DNA of 64,000 nucleotides from Candidatus Omnitrophota bacterium (GTDB lineage: Bacteria > Omnitrophota > Gorgyraeia > Zapsychrales > Fredricksoniimonadaceae), in NCBI GenBank assembly GCA_028865345.1, contig JAGWKL010000005.1, forward strand, positions 21,577-85,576, read 5' to 3'. How positions within the stretch are numbered: the first letter of the stretch is position 1; every line of letters starts with the position of its first letter. The translations under genes and the position numbers were made by a program. The notes under the pieces were generated by a model. The model saw only the letters and a program-made list of their open reading frames with translations. It was not told the origin of the DNA and searched no databases. Shown one piece after another: positions 48,879 to 57,883 of the stretch.

Positions 48879-49852
48879 AAAAGTACAATGTAGCGATCTT
48901 AGGCATTCGCGGGGCCGTGGGCCAATGCATGTATTCCATTGTCAAGGAACGTAAATTCCCTGTCAATAAACTGGTGTTGATCTCACCCAGCGGCGCCGGC
49001 GGAGAATTGGAAGGCCATAGGTACGTGCCGCTGACCAAGGATGTTTTCAACGGGATCGACATTGTTTTGTCCTCACCGGGCGCTGAAATTTCCAAAGAAT
49101 GGGCGCCCCTCGCGGCCAGGGCTGGGGCGGTTGTCATCGATAACACCTCGCAATTCCGCATGGACGAGGACGTGCCTTTGGTCGTGCCGGAAGTCAACCC
49201 CGAAGACATCCAGAAGCACAAGGGCATTATCGCCAATCCTAATTGTTCGACGATACAGATGCTGGTTGCCTTAAAGCCTTTGCATGATTTTGCCCGTATC
49301 AAGCGCATTGTGGTTTCCACCTACCAGGCCGTTTCCGGCGCCGGGGCCGAGGCCGTGGCTGAACTGGAAGACCAGTTGCAGGGCAAAAAGACCGCCAAAA
49401 AGTTTCCCCATCAGATCGCGCATAACCTGATCCCGCAGATCGACGTGTTTTGCGACAATTTTTATACCAAGGAAGAAATGAAGATGGTCAACGAGACCCG
49501 TAAAATCTTCCATGACCCCGCGATCCAGATTTGTCCCACCTGTGTGCGGGTCCCGGTCAAAAACGGGCATTCGGAATCCGTCAATATCGAGACTGAGAAA
49601 AAGATCACCCGCGGCCGGGCGATCGAAATTCTGAGCAGGGCGCCGGGTGTCAAGGTCGTCGATGATGTCGCGTCATCCGTGTACCCGCTGCCTATCCTCG
49701 CCGACGGGCAAGATGAGACCTTTGTGGGCCGCATCCGCGAAGACATTTCAATTGCCAACGGGCTGAACCTGTGGGTGGTTTCCGATAATCTGCGCAAAGG
49801 CGCCGCCCTCAATGCCGTCCAGATCGCGGAAATCCTCATCAAGAACAAATGA
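48875..49852 (+). CDS. asd: Aspartate-semialdehyde dehydrogenase.
   Basis: N-terminal NAD-binding region (AILGIRGAVGQ) and the active-site Cys region (ANPNCSTI). Confidence 0.9.
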   Translation: MKKYNVAILGIRGAVGQCMYSIVKERKFPVNKLVLISPSGAGGELEGHRYVPLTKDVFNGIDIVLSSPGAEISKEWAPLAARAGAVVIDNTSQFRMDEDVPLVVPEVNPEDIQKHKGIIANPNCSTIQMLVALKPLHDFARIKRIVVSTYQAVSGAGAEAVAELEDQLQGKKTAKKFPHQIAHNLIPQIDVFCDNFYTKEEMKMVNETRKIFHDPAIQICPTCVRVPVKNGHSESVNIETEKKITRGRAIEILSRAPGVKVVDDVASSVYPLPILADGQDETFVGRIREDISIANGLNLWVVSDNLRKGAALNAVQIAEILIKNK

Positions 49853-50514
49853 AAACGTTTTGTATAGGCGATATCCATGGGGCCTATCACGCCTTGCTCC
49901 AATGTTTGGAGCGCTCCCGATTCGACAGGAAAAATGACCGGCTGATCTGTTTAGGGGATGTCTGCGACCGGGGAGTACAGGTCAGGGAATGCATGGATGT
50001 GCTTCTGGGCATCCCCCATTGCATTTATATCTTGGGCAACCATGATGTCTGGGCCCTGGAATGGGCTCGGGAAGGCAAGAAGCCCCGGGAATGGTGGGAC
50101 CAGGGCGGCGCCCGGACGTATGCCTCTTATGGCGGGGCGGGAATGCCCGAGGACCATGTCCGTTTCTTGAGCAAAGGCTTGTTTTACTATGTGGACCGAA
50201 ACAGGCTGTTCGTCCATGGCGGTTTTGATCCCCAATCGCCTTTGGAAGAAACCTCCCGGGAGATTTTTATTTGGGACAGGAGCTTGTTGGAAAAAGCGCG
50301 GCTGACCCACTCTGTTTCACCCGGCTATAAATTCGGGGAATTTGACGAGATCTTTGTCGGGCATACCCCGACGCTGAATTTCGGCAGGACAACCCCAAGC
50401 CAATTTTGTAATATCTGGGCCCTGGACACCGGCGCCGGATGGGGCGGCAGGCTATCCATCATGGACGCGGACACCAAGGAATACTGGCAGTCAGACCCCG
50501 TTGAGGCCTTTTGA
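49849..50514 (+). CDS. Calcineurin-like metallophosphoesterase (Ser/Thr phosphatase-like).
   Basis: Motifs GDIHG...GDVCDRG...GNHD. Confidence 0.75.
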   Translation: MKTFCIGDIHGAYHALLQCLERSRFDRKNDRLICLGDVCDRGVQVRECMDVLLGIPHCIYILGNHDVWALEWAREGKKPREWWDQGGARTYASYGGAGMPEDHVRFLSKGLFYYVDRNRLFVHGGFDPQSPLEETSREIFIWDRSLLEKARLTHSVSPGYKFGEFDEIFVGHTPTLNFGRTTPSQFCNIWALDTGAGWGGRLSIMDADTKEYWQSDPVEAF

Positions 50515-50520
50515 CCTTTT

Positions 50521-51264
50521 ATGCGCAATTTCAAAATCACTCTTGAATACGACGGTGCTTCTTTTTGCGGATGGCAGTCCCAGGGCCAGGGGGAACGCAC
50601 AGTCCAGGATGAATTGGAGGGCGTTTTTCTAAAGATTTTTAAAAAGCCCGTCAAGGCTGTGGCGTCGGGGCGCACGGACAGCGGGGTGCATGCCCGGGGG
50701 CAGGTCGTCTCCTTCAAGGCCTCCACCCGCATGAAGGCTTTGGAGATCAAGCGCGCCTTAAACGGGCACCTGCCGCCGGACATTGCCGTGCATGAGGCCC
50801 TGGAAGTCGAAGAGGGTTTCCATGCGCAATATAGCGTCAAAGAAAAAACCTACCGCTATACGATTCTCAACCGCCCATGGCGTTCGGCGTTTTTAAGGGA
50901 CCGTGCTCTTTTTTATCCGTACCCCTTGAACATGTCCCGCATGCGCAAGGCGGCAGGGTATTTGATCGGGCGGCATGATTTTAAAACGTTCCAAGCGCAT
51001 GACCCTGAGAGATCGGAACGCCGGACCGTGCGCACCATTAAGAACATCGTGATTAAGAGGGACGGGGAGCTCATCCACGTCGATATGACCGCCGACGGTT
51101 TTCTTTATAAAATGGTGCGCAACATCGCAGGGACGCTTTTGGCTGTAGGTTCCGGACACCTTGCGCCAAAGGAGATGCCCGGAATATTGAAGGCCAGGGA
51201 CCGCAAGAAGGCCCGGGACACGGCGCCTGCCCACGGCCTTTGCCTGATGAGAGTCCAATATTGA
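50521..51264 (+). CDS. truA: tRNA pseudouridine(38-40) synthase.
   Basis: TruA family with the catalytic Asp region (ASGRTDSGVHA). Confidence 0.9.
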   Translation: MRNFKITLEYDGASFCGWQSQGQGERTVQDELEGVFLKIFKKPVKAVASGRTDSGVHARGQVVSFKASTRMKALEIKRALNGHLPPDIAVHEALEVEEGFHAQYSVKEKTYRYTILNRPWRSAFLRDRALFYPYPLNMSRMRKAAGYLIGRHDFKTFQAHDPERSERRTVRTIKNIVIKRDGELIHVDMTADGFLYKMVRNIAGTLLAVGSGHLAPKEMPGILKARDRKKARDTAPAHGLCLMRVQY

Positions 51265-51368
51265 TTTTTTGCCCCTGCCGCGAGGGACTGGCAAAAAGGA
51301 CATAAAACATGGTATTCTTAGGATAGTTGCATGTGGACTAATGGGGGCCTTCCTAAGGAGGTGTAATA

Positions 51369-51512
51369 ATGATTTCCAAGTTGATTAAGGGAACCAAAAA
51401 AAACACATTGGTGCGCATAAGGACATTCAGGGTTTTTGGGAAAAGAAACACATTAAAGGTTTTGCAGCGGATGAAGTTTTTTGTTGTGCGGGCAGCCGGG
51501 TTGGTTTGCTAG
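51369..51512 (+). CDS. Small basic hypothetical ORF (47 aa).
   Basis: Very strong SD CTAAGGAGGTG 7 nt before the ATG. The sequence MISKLIKGTKKNTLVRIRTFRVFGKRNTLKVLQRMKFFVVRAAGLVC has no family assignment. Confidence 0.3.
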   Translation: MISKLIKGTKKNTLVRIRTFRVFGKRNTLKVLQRMKFFVVRAAGLVC

Positions 51513-51568
51513 GGTTGCCTTTTTCTGGAAACATCCATCCTTTTTTCGCCTTAAAATATTAAAAATAT

Positions 51569-51596
51569 TTGACTTTTGGCGCAAAGATGTTATATT
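51569..51596 (+). promoter_or_regulatory. Sigma-70-like promoter TTGACT-N16-TATATT for rplM-rpsI.
   Basis: TTGACT at 51569-51574 and TATATT at 51591-51596. The SD GGAAGAGGA precedes rplM. Confidence 0.5.
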
Positions 51597-51652
51597 TCTA
51601 ATTCTATTTCTCACGTGACAGAGCTTAGTGGAATTATTGGGAAGAGGATTTT

Positions 51653-52081
51653 ATGAAAACGTATTTACCGAAGGCCGATGAACTCGAACATAAGTGCTAT
51701 GTGATCGACGCCAAAGACAAGATCTTAGGAAAGGTCGCGGCCAAGGCAGCTTCCGTGCTGCGCGGCAAACACAAGAGGATCTATACGCCGTTTTTGGATA
51801 CCGGGGACACGGTGGTCATCATCAATGCCGACAAGATCAAGGTGACCGGTAAGAAATTGACGGACAAGGTCTACAGCCGTTATACCGGTTATCCCAGCGG
51901 TTTCAGGGAAATGACCTTAGGGGTCATGCTGGCCAAGCGCCCTGCGAAGGTCCTGGAGCTGGCGGTTTCCCGTATGTTTCCCAGCGGCGCCCTGGCTTAC
52001 AAGCAAACATCCCGCTTAAAAGTTTATGCGGGGGACAAACATCCGCATGCGGCCCAGAAGCCCATTGCCTTGGAAGTTTAA
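51653..52081 (+). CDS. rplM: 50S ribosomal protein L13.
   Basis: Full-length L13 similarity. Confidence 0.95.
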   Translation: MKTYLPKADELEHKCYVIDAKDKILGKVAAKAASVLRGKHKRIYTPFLDTGDTVVIINADKIKVTGKKLTDKVYSRYTGYPSGFREMTLGVMLAKRPAKVLELAVSRMFPSGALAYKQTSRLKVYAGDKHPHAAQKPIALEV

Positions 52082-52095
52082 TTGAGGAGAGTTTC

Positions 52096-52491
52096 ATGGT
52101 CGAAGTTGTCAAATATGCAGGTACAGGACGCCGTAAAAGCTCGGTGGCCCGGGTGGTTTTGACCCCAGGGTCCGGCAAGATCACGGTCAATAAGCGTGAG
52201 TTCATGAACTATTTCCCGCGTGAAACGGACCGCATTTCCATCATGCATCCTTTAAAGCTGGTGAATTTGGAAAACAAATTTGATGTTTCCGTGCGTGTCA
52301 CCGGCGGCGGTTCCACCGGCCAGGCGGGCGCCTTTAAATTAGGCCTGTCCCGTGCCATCATTTCCTGCGATCCCAACACCCGCAGTGTCTTAAAGAAGGC
52401 CAGCTGCCTGACCCGTGACGACAGAATGAAAGAAAGAAAGAAACCCGGTCAAAAGGGAGCGCGCCGTAAATTCCAGTGGGTCAAACGTTAA
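52096..52491 (+). CDS. rpsI: 30S ribosomal protein S9.
   Basis: Full-length S9 similarity, ending in the typical C-terminal KR. Confidence 0.95.
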   Translation: MVEVVKYAGTGRRKSSVARVVLTPGSGKITVNKREFMNYFPRETDRISIMHPLKLVNLENKFDVSVRVTGGGSTGQAGAFKLGLSRAIISCDPNTRSVLKKASCLTRDDRMKERKKPGQKGARRKFQWVKR

Positions 52492-52514
52492 CGACGATCA
52501 AAATATAAAGAAAT

Positions 52515-52560
52515 AAAGCCCATCTCCCTTTGAATATCATTGACGAGATGGGCTTTTTTA
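52515..52560 (+). terminator. Rho-independent terminator after rpsI.
   Basis: AAAGCCCATCTC....GAGATGGGCTTT stem followed by TTTTTTA. Confidence 0.8.
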
Positions 52561-52609
52561 TTTATTATAAACGGATTCATCAAAAGGCTTGTTTGCCGAC
52601 GAGGACCAT

Positions 52610-53659
52610 ATGTACGAAAAAGAGCTGGAATATCCGGTTAAGACCGTTCGTGCCGGTGTTTGGGGTGTCAGCGGATATACCGGCCGCGAAGTTTTTTCGC
52701 TGCTTTTGAAACACCGGGGCGTGAGGGTGACCTATGTGGCCGCCAACAACACCCAAGGGCCTTTGCCTGAAATTTTTCAGGAATTCCTGAACCGTACGAC
52801 CCTGGTTTGCCGCCCATTCAGCGTCAAGAAAACCGCGAAAAGGTGTGACGTGGTTTTCTTGGCCTTGCCGCACACTCAGTCCATGGCGGTGGTGCCGAAG
52901 TTATTAAAAGCGGGCTTAAAGGTCATTGACTTAAGCGCAGACTACAGGCTTAAAAGCCCCGAGGTTTATGAACAGTGGTATGGGCACAAACATGACGATA
53001 TAAGGAATCTAAGCAAGGCCGTTTACGGTCTGCCGGAGTTGTTTCGTCAGAAAATAAAAGGGGCCGTCTTTGTGGCCAATCCGGGCTGCTACCCTACGGC
53101 GGCCGTTTTGGGGCTGGCGCCGTTGATCGCCACTGCCAAGGACATTTTGTCCATCGTCGTGGACGCCAAATCAGGGGTTTCCGGCGCCGGACGTAAGGCC
53201 GCGGTGGAAAAGCTTTTCGGCGAGGTCAGTGAAAACTTCAAGGCGTATAAAGTGTTGAGCCATCAGCACGCGCCGGAAATCGAGCAATATTGTTCTCAAT
53301 TGGCCGGCAGGGAAACACCCATTCATTTTGTGGCGCACCTGCTTCCCATCACGCGGGGCATTTTAAATACGATGTATGTGCATTTAAAAGAGGGCATTGC
53401 TTTAAATCAACTGTACAATCTTTATAAGAAATTTTATAAGATCGAGCCTTTTGTGCGCGTCCATCCGTTGGGAAGCCAGCCGGAGGTCAAGAGTGTGGCC
53501 AATACCAATTTCTGCGATATCGGTTTGGCGGTAAGCCCAGACAAGAAGATGGTGGTCATTACGTCGGCCATTGATAATTTGGTCAAAGGCGCCGCCGGAC
53601 AGGCGGTACAAAACATGAATTTGATGCTGGGATTTAATGAAACTGAAGGATTGTTATGA
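52610..53659 (+). CDS. argC: N-acetyl-gamma-glutamyl-phosphate reductase.
   Basis: ArgC family with the active-site Cys (PGCYPT). The ATG at 52610 follows SD GAGGA. The ORF track's 52589 start is an upstream TTG. Confidence 0.9.
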   Translation: MYEKELEYPVKTVRAGVWGVSGYTGREVFSLLLKHRGVRVTYVAANNTQGPLPEIFQEFLNRTTLVCRPFSVKKTAKRCDVVFLALPHTQSMAVVPKLLKAGLKVIDLSADYRLKSPEVYEQWYGHKHDDIRNLSKAVYGLPELFRQKIKGAVFVANPGCYPTAAVLGLAPLIATAKDILSIVVDAKSGVSGAGRKAAVEKLFGEVSENFKAYKVLSHQHAPEIEQYCSQLAGRETPIHFVAHLLPITRGILNTMYVHLKEGIALNQLYNLYKKFYKIEPFVRVHPLGSQPEVKSVANTNFCDIGLAVSPDKKMVVITSAIDNLVKGAAGQAVQNMNLMLGFNETEGLL

Positions 53660-53775
53660 AGATGACTCGAGGCGGGGTAACGGCAGCTAAAGGGTTTTTG
53701 GCCAACGGGGTATCGGCAGGCAATATTCCCTATTGCTTCGAATTCGTAAGGGGTTCTGCATATGAAAATTATTAA
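53656..53775 (+). other. Upstream ORF (39 aa) that duplicates the argJ N-terminus and ends in the conserved linker.
   Basis: Translation is MKMTRGGVTAAKGFLANGVSAGNIPYCFEFVRGSAYENY*. Its ATG overlaps the argC TGA (ATGA). Its stop falls inside argJ codons 4-5. Confidence 0.5.
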
Positions 53776-54904
53776 GGGCGGAGTTTGTACTCCTAAAGGT
53801 TTCTTGGCCAATGGTGTGTCATCAGGTATCAAACGGTCAGGGAAGCTGGATTTAGGCGTCATTGTTTCCGAAGTGCCCGCTGTTGTGGCCGGGGTGTTTA
53901 CCAAAAGTTCCATCAAGGCAGCGCCTCTCATCGTCAGCATGAAGCATATCAAAAAAGGCTCTGGAAGGGCGGTGGTGGCCAATTCCGGCAACGCCAATTG
54001 TTTTACCGGTCCCGCCGGGTTAAGGTATGCGCAGGGAACGGCGGAAGCGGTGGCCGGGTTTCTTGGCGTCGGACCCGCGGATGTTTTGGTGACATCCACA
54101 GGGATCATTGGTAAGACCCTGCCTTACAATAAGATCATCGACGCGCTGCCGGCTTTGCTCAAGGGTGTCGGCTCCAAAGGCGGCGGTAATTTCGCCAGGG
54201 CCATCATGACGACGGATTTGAAGGTCAAGGAATGCGCTGTTTCGCTTGTGATCGGAGGCAAAAAAGTCTCCGTCGGCGGCTGCGCCAAAGGTTCCGGGAT
54301 GATCGAACCCAATATGGCCACCATGCTCGGGTTTATCACTACGGACGCATCGATCTCTTTAAAGATGTTGAAGCTGGCTTTAAAGCGCGCCACGGAGCGT
54401 TCGTTCAACAGCATTACCGTCGATGGGTGCATGAGCACCAATGATATGGTCACCGTGCAGGCCAATGGGCTGGCCGCCAACACAAAAATCACGGCACAAG
54501 GGGCTGATTTCAAGAAGTTTTACGGGGCGCTCGAATTTGTCTGCGTCGATTTGGCCAAGCAGATCGTACTCGACGGGGAAGGCGCCACCAAATTTATAGC
54601 GGTCCATGTCAAGGGCGCGGCGGATGGTCCCCAAGCCCGTACAATAGCCAAAACCATCGCCAATTCACCCTTAGTCAAGACTGCGGCTTTCGGCAGCAAC
54701 CCTAATTGGGGGCGGGTGGCTGCGGCCGTGGGTTCCTTGGGGATCGCCCGGATCAACGAGAACAGCGTGAAGATCACTTTTTCCCCCTTTGACAAAAAGG
54801 AAATCAGCATTGGCGTCGAACTTTCGTTGGGACGTGCCGAAGCCACGGTTTACACCTGCGATCTTTCGCTCGAGTATGTGCGGATCAACGGGGAGTACAA
54901 TTGA
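53762..54904 (+). CDS. argJ: Bifunctional glutamate N-acetyltransferase / amino-acid acetyltransferase.
   Basis: ArgJ family (GFLANGVSSGIK...ATMLGFITTDA, with the self-cleavage Thr). Confidence 0.92.
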   Translation: MKIIKGGVCTPKGFLANGVSSGIKRSGKLDLGVIVSEVPAVVAGVFTKSSIKAAPLIVSMKHIKKGSGRAVVANSGNANCFTGPAGLRYAQGTAEAVAGFLGVGPADVLVTSTGIIGKTLPYNKIIDALPALLKGVGSKGGGNFARAIMTTDLKVKECAVSLVIGGKKVSVGGCAKGSGMIEPNMATMLGFITTDASISLKMLKLALKRATERSFNSITVDGCMSTNDMVTVQANGLAANTKITAQGADFKKFYGALEFVCVDLAKQIVLDGEGATKFIAVHVKGAADGPQARTIAKTIANSPLVKTAAFGSNPNWGRVAAAVGSLGIARINENSVKITFSPFDKKEISIGVELSLGRAEATVYTCDLSLEYVRINGEYN

Positions 54905-55761
54905 TGGAACAGATCGTTAAAAAAGCTTCAATTTTGATCGAAGCTATTCCCTATATCAATGCGTTTCGCCGCAAGATTTTTGTCATTAAATACGGCGGCA
55001 GCATTTTGGACGATCCCAAGATCCGGCATAACGTTTTGCAGGACATTGTGTTTTTAAGCTATGTTGGCATCCGCATCATCATTGTGCACGGCGGGGGACC
55101 GCACATTTCGGCAAGGATGAAGGAAAAGGGCCTGAAGAACGAATTTGTCGACGGTATCCGGGTCACCGACAAAGAGACCTTGGGAATCGTGGGTGAAGAA
55201 CTGGAGAAGCTCAACCATCAGATCGTTGCCCAGATCAAGACCCTCAAAGGGGATGTCACCGGGCTTCAGGGCCAGGAGAACATTATTTTCGTCAAAAAGA
55301 AGAAAGCAGCCAAGGACCTGGGGTTCGTGGGGACGATCACGTCCGTCAATCGCGAGCACCTGGAGTCCCATTTAGCCCAAGGCCAGATCACCGTGGTCTC
55401 GCCGATGGGCATGACGACGGACAAGGTGCCGCACAACGTCAATGCCGATGAAGTGGCTTCCGCCATTGCCAATTCCATGAAGGCGGAAAAACTGGTTCTG
55501 CTGACAGATGTGCCGGGTGTGATGCGCGACCTGAAGGACATGGGCACCTTGATGTCCACCCTGACCCTGGCCCAGGTCGATGATCTGATCAAAAGCGGAG
55601 TTATCGTGGGAGGGATGATCCCCAAGGTCACTTCCTGTGTGGAGGCGCTCAAAGGCGGCGGGGTCAACAAGACCCACATCATCGATGCCCGCATGCCGCA
55701 TGCATTGTTATTGGAGTTCTTTACCGACCAAGGGGTGGGTACACAGATCATTAAATCATGA
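54901..55761 (+). CDS. argB: Acetylglutamate kinase.
   Basis: AAK family (VIKYGGS...VHGGGP). Confidence 0.92.
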   Translation: MMEQIVKKASILIEAIPYINAFRRKIFVIKYGGSILDDPKIRHNVLQDIVFLSYVGIRIIIVHGGGPHISARMKEKGLKNEFVDGIRVTDKETLGIVGEELEKLNHQIVAQIKTLKGDVTGLQGQENIIFVKKKKAAKDLGFVGTITSVNREHLESHLAQGQITVVSPMGMTTDKVPHNVNADEVASAIANSMKAEKLVLLTDVPGVMRDLKDMGTLMSTLTLAQVDDLIKSGVIVGGMIPKVTSCVEALKGGGVNKTHIIDARMPHALLLEFFTDQGVGTQIIKS

Positions 55762-56963
55762 AAACCGACGAAATTTTTCAAGAGTATAACGAGCACATCC
55801 TTGCGACATACACCCGCATGCCGGCGGTCTTTGTCAAGGGCAAGGGCTCTGTGCTCACGGACATCCACGGCAAGAAATATTTGGATTTCTTCCCGGGCTG
55901 GGGGGTCAGCAATTTGGGTCATTGCCATCCCAAGGTCATGGGCGCGGTGCGCGAGCAAATAGGGAAATTGATCCATGTTCCGAACAACCTGTACAATCCG
56001 CACCAGGCTAAATTGGCCAGGGAGCTTGTTCGTATTGCTTTTGAAGGCAAGATCTTTTTTTGCAACAGCGGCACGGAAGCCATGGAAGCGGCCCTTAAAT
56101 TCGCCAGGATGTACGGCCGGGGGCAAAAATATGAGATCATCACGACGCTGAATGCTTTTCACGGCCGCACCATGGGGGCCTTGACGGCCACGGGCCAGGA
56201 AAAACACCAAAAAGGTTTCGGGCCTTTGGTGCCGGGGTTCAAGCATGTGCCTTTCAATGACCTGGACGCCATGAAATCAGCGGTCAATGACCGTACTGCG
56301 GCCATTGTCCTGGAGCTGGTACAGGGCGAGGGCGGCATCAACGTTGCGGACAAGGACTACGTGGCGGCGATACGGCGGATCTGCGATGAGAAGGGGATTT
56401 TGTTGATACTGGATGAAGTGCAGACCGGCATGGCGCGCACGGGAGAGATTTTTGCTTTCAAACATTTTTGTATTACGCCGGACGTGATGTGTATCGCCAA
56501 GGCGTTGGGCGGCGGCCTGCCCATCGGCGCCATGATCGTCAGGAAAGAATTGGCAGATATTTTTAAACCAGGCATGCACGGCTCCACCTTTGCCGGCAGT
56601 CCTCTGGTATGCAAGGCCGCTTTAGGAGTGATCAAGGCGATTTATGCCGAAAAGATCATGAAGAATGTCAAGGCCCAGGGGCCGTATCTCTTGAGTAAGT
56701 TGAATGAGTTGAAATCCAAATACGGCATCATTAAAGAAGTGCGCGGTTTGGGGCTGATGATCGGGATGGAATTGACCGTTGAAGGCACGCCTATCTTTAA
56801 GGAATGTTTCAACCGCGCCTTGATCATCAACTGCACGCAGGGCAATGTGCTGCGCATTATGCCGGCACTGAACGTGACCCGGCGTCAGATCAACAGGGCC
56901 ATCCATATTTTGGATGGAGCCTTGGCCACGGTCGCCGGACAACCGCAAAAGGCTGTTTTATGA
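55758..56963 (+). CDS. argD: Acetylornithine aminotransferase.
   Basis: Class-III PLP aminotransferase with the PLP Lys (AKALGGG). Confidence 0.9.
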   Translation: MKTDEIFQEYNEHILATYTRMPAVFVKGKGSVLTDIHGKKYLDFFPGWGVSNLGHCHPKVMGAVREQIGKLIHVPNNLYNPHQAKLARELVRIAFEGKIFFCNSGTEAMEAALKFARMYGRGQKYEIITTLNAFHGRTMGALTATGQEKHQKGFGPLVPGFKHVPFNDLDAMKSAVNDRTAAIVLELVQGEGGINVADKDYVAAIRRICDEKGILLILDEVQTGMARTGEIFAFKHFCITPDVMCIAKALGGGLPIGAMIVRKELADIFKPGMHGSTFAGSPLVCKAALGVIKAIYAEKIMKNVKAQGPYLLSKLNELKSKYGIIKEVRGLGLMIGMELTVEGTPIFKECFNRALIINCTQGNVLRIMPALNVTRRQINRAIHILDGALATVAGQPQKAVL

Positions 56964-57883
56964 AACGGGACTTTATCAAATTATCGGATTATTCCGGGGT
57001 TGAAATTCTGGGCCTGGTGGGTTGTGCGGACCGGCTCAAAAGGCAAAAGGGAAAACTACGCGCGGATTTAAAGGGAAAATCTGTGGCCCTGGTGTTCCAG
57101 AAGCCGTCCAACCGCACGAGGGTCTCTTTTGAAGTCGGCGTTTATGAACTGGGAGGTCACTGCCTTTATTTGGGGCCGGAAGAGATCAATTTAGGCAAAC
57201 GCGAATCCACGCCTGACGTGGCCAAGACTTTGTCGCGTTATGTGCATTGTATCGTGGCGCGGGTCTATGACAATAAAGACATTGTCGAACTGGCCCGGTA
57301 TGCGGATGTCCCGGTCATTAACGCTTTGTGCGATCTCTATCATCCCTGTCAGGCGCTGGCGGACATCCAAACCATCCGTGAGCGGTTCGGAAAATTTAAA
57401 GGCCTGACCCTGGCCTATGTGGGCGACGGAAACAACGTGTTCCATTCCTTGATGGTGGCCTGCGCCTTGGTGGGGATCAATGTGCGTTTTGCCGGGCCTA
57501 AAGGTTATGATCCCGATCCCGAAATCGTGCGTCACGCGGCAGGTCTGGCCCGGCGGAACAAATGCACCATTGAGTTGGGCAGGAGGCCCCAGGAAGCTGT
57601 CAAAGCTGCGGATGTGATTTATTCGGACGTCTGGGTCAGCATGGGACAGGAAAAAGAGACGGCCCGCCGCGTCAGGGAATTCAGGGGTTACCAGATCAAC
57701 GCCGGCCTTTTGCAGGCGGCCCATAAAGATTATATTTTTATGCACTGCCTGCCCGCGCACCGTGGCCTGGAAGTGACGGCCGACATCATCGACGGCAAAC
57801 ACTCGGTGATCTTCGACCAGGCCGAGAACCGCCTGCATGCGCAGAAAGCAGTTCTTTTAAAATTGTTAGAAAGGTCATTATGA
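56960..57883 (+). CDS. argF: Ornithine carbamoyltransferase.
   Basis: STRTR motif (SNRTRVSFE) and HCLP. The ATG at 56960 overlaps the argD stop. Confidence 0.92.
   Translation: MKRDFIKLSDYSGVEILGLVGCADRLKRQKGKLRADLKGKSVALVFQKPSNRTRVSFEVGVYELGGHCLYLGPEEINLGKRESTPDVAKTLSRYVHCIVARVYDNKDIVELARYADVPVINALCDLYHPCQALADIQTIRERFGKFKGLTLAYVGDGNNVFHSLMVACALVGINVRFAGPKGYDPDPEIVRHAAGLARRNKCTIELGRRPQEAVKAADVIYSDVWVSMGQEKETARRVREFRGYQINAGLLQAAHKDYIFMHCLPAHRGLEVTADIIDGKHSVIFDQAENRLHAQKAVLLKLLERSL

Noticed and set aside
51265-51305. A hairpin TTTTTTGCC-CCTGCCGCGAGGGACT-GGCAAAAAGG after truA could be a terminator.
   Set aside because: The T-run is on the 5' side and the A-run on the 3' side for the + strand. 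The geometry is wrong for a rho-independent terminator of truA. I left it unannotated.
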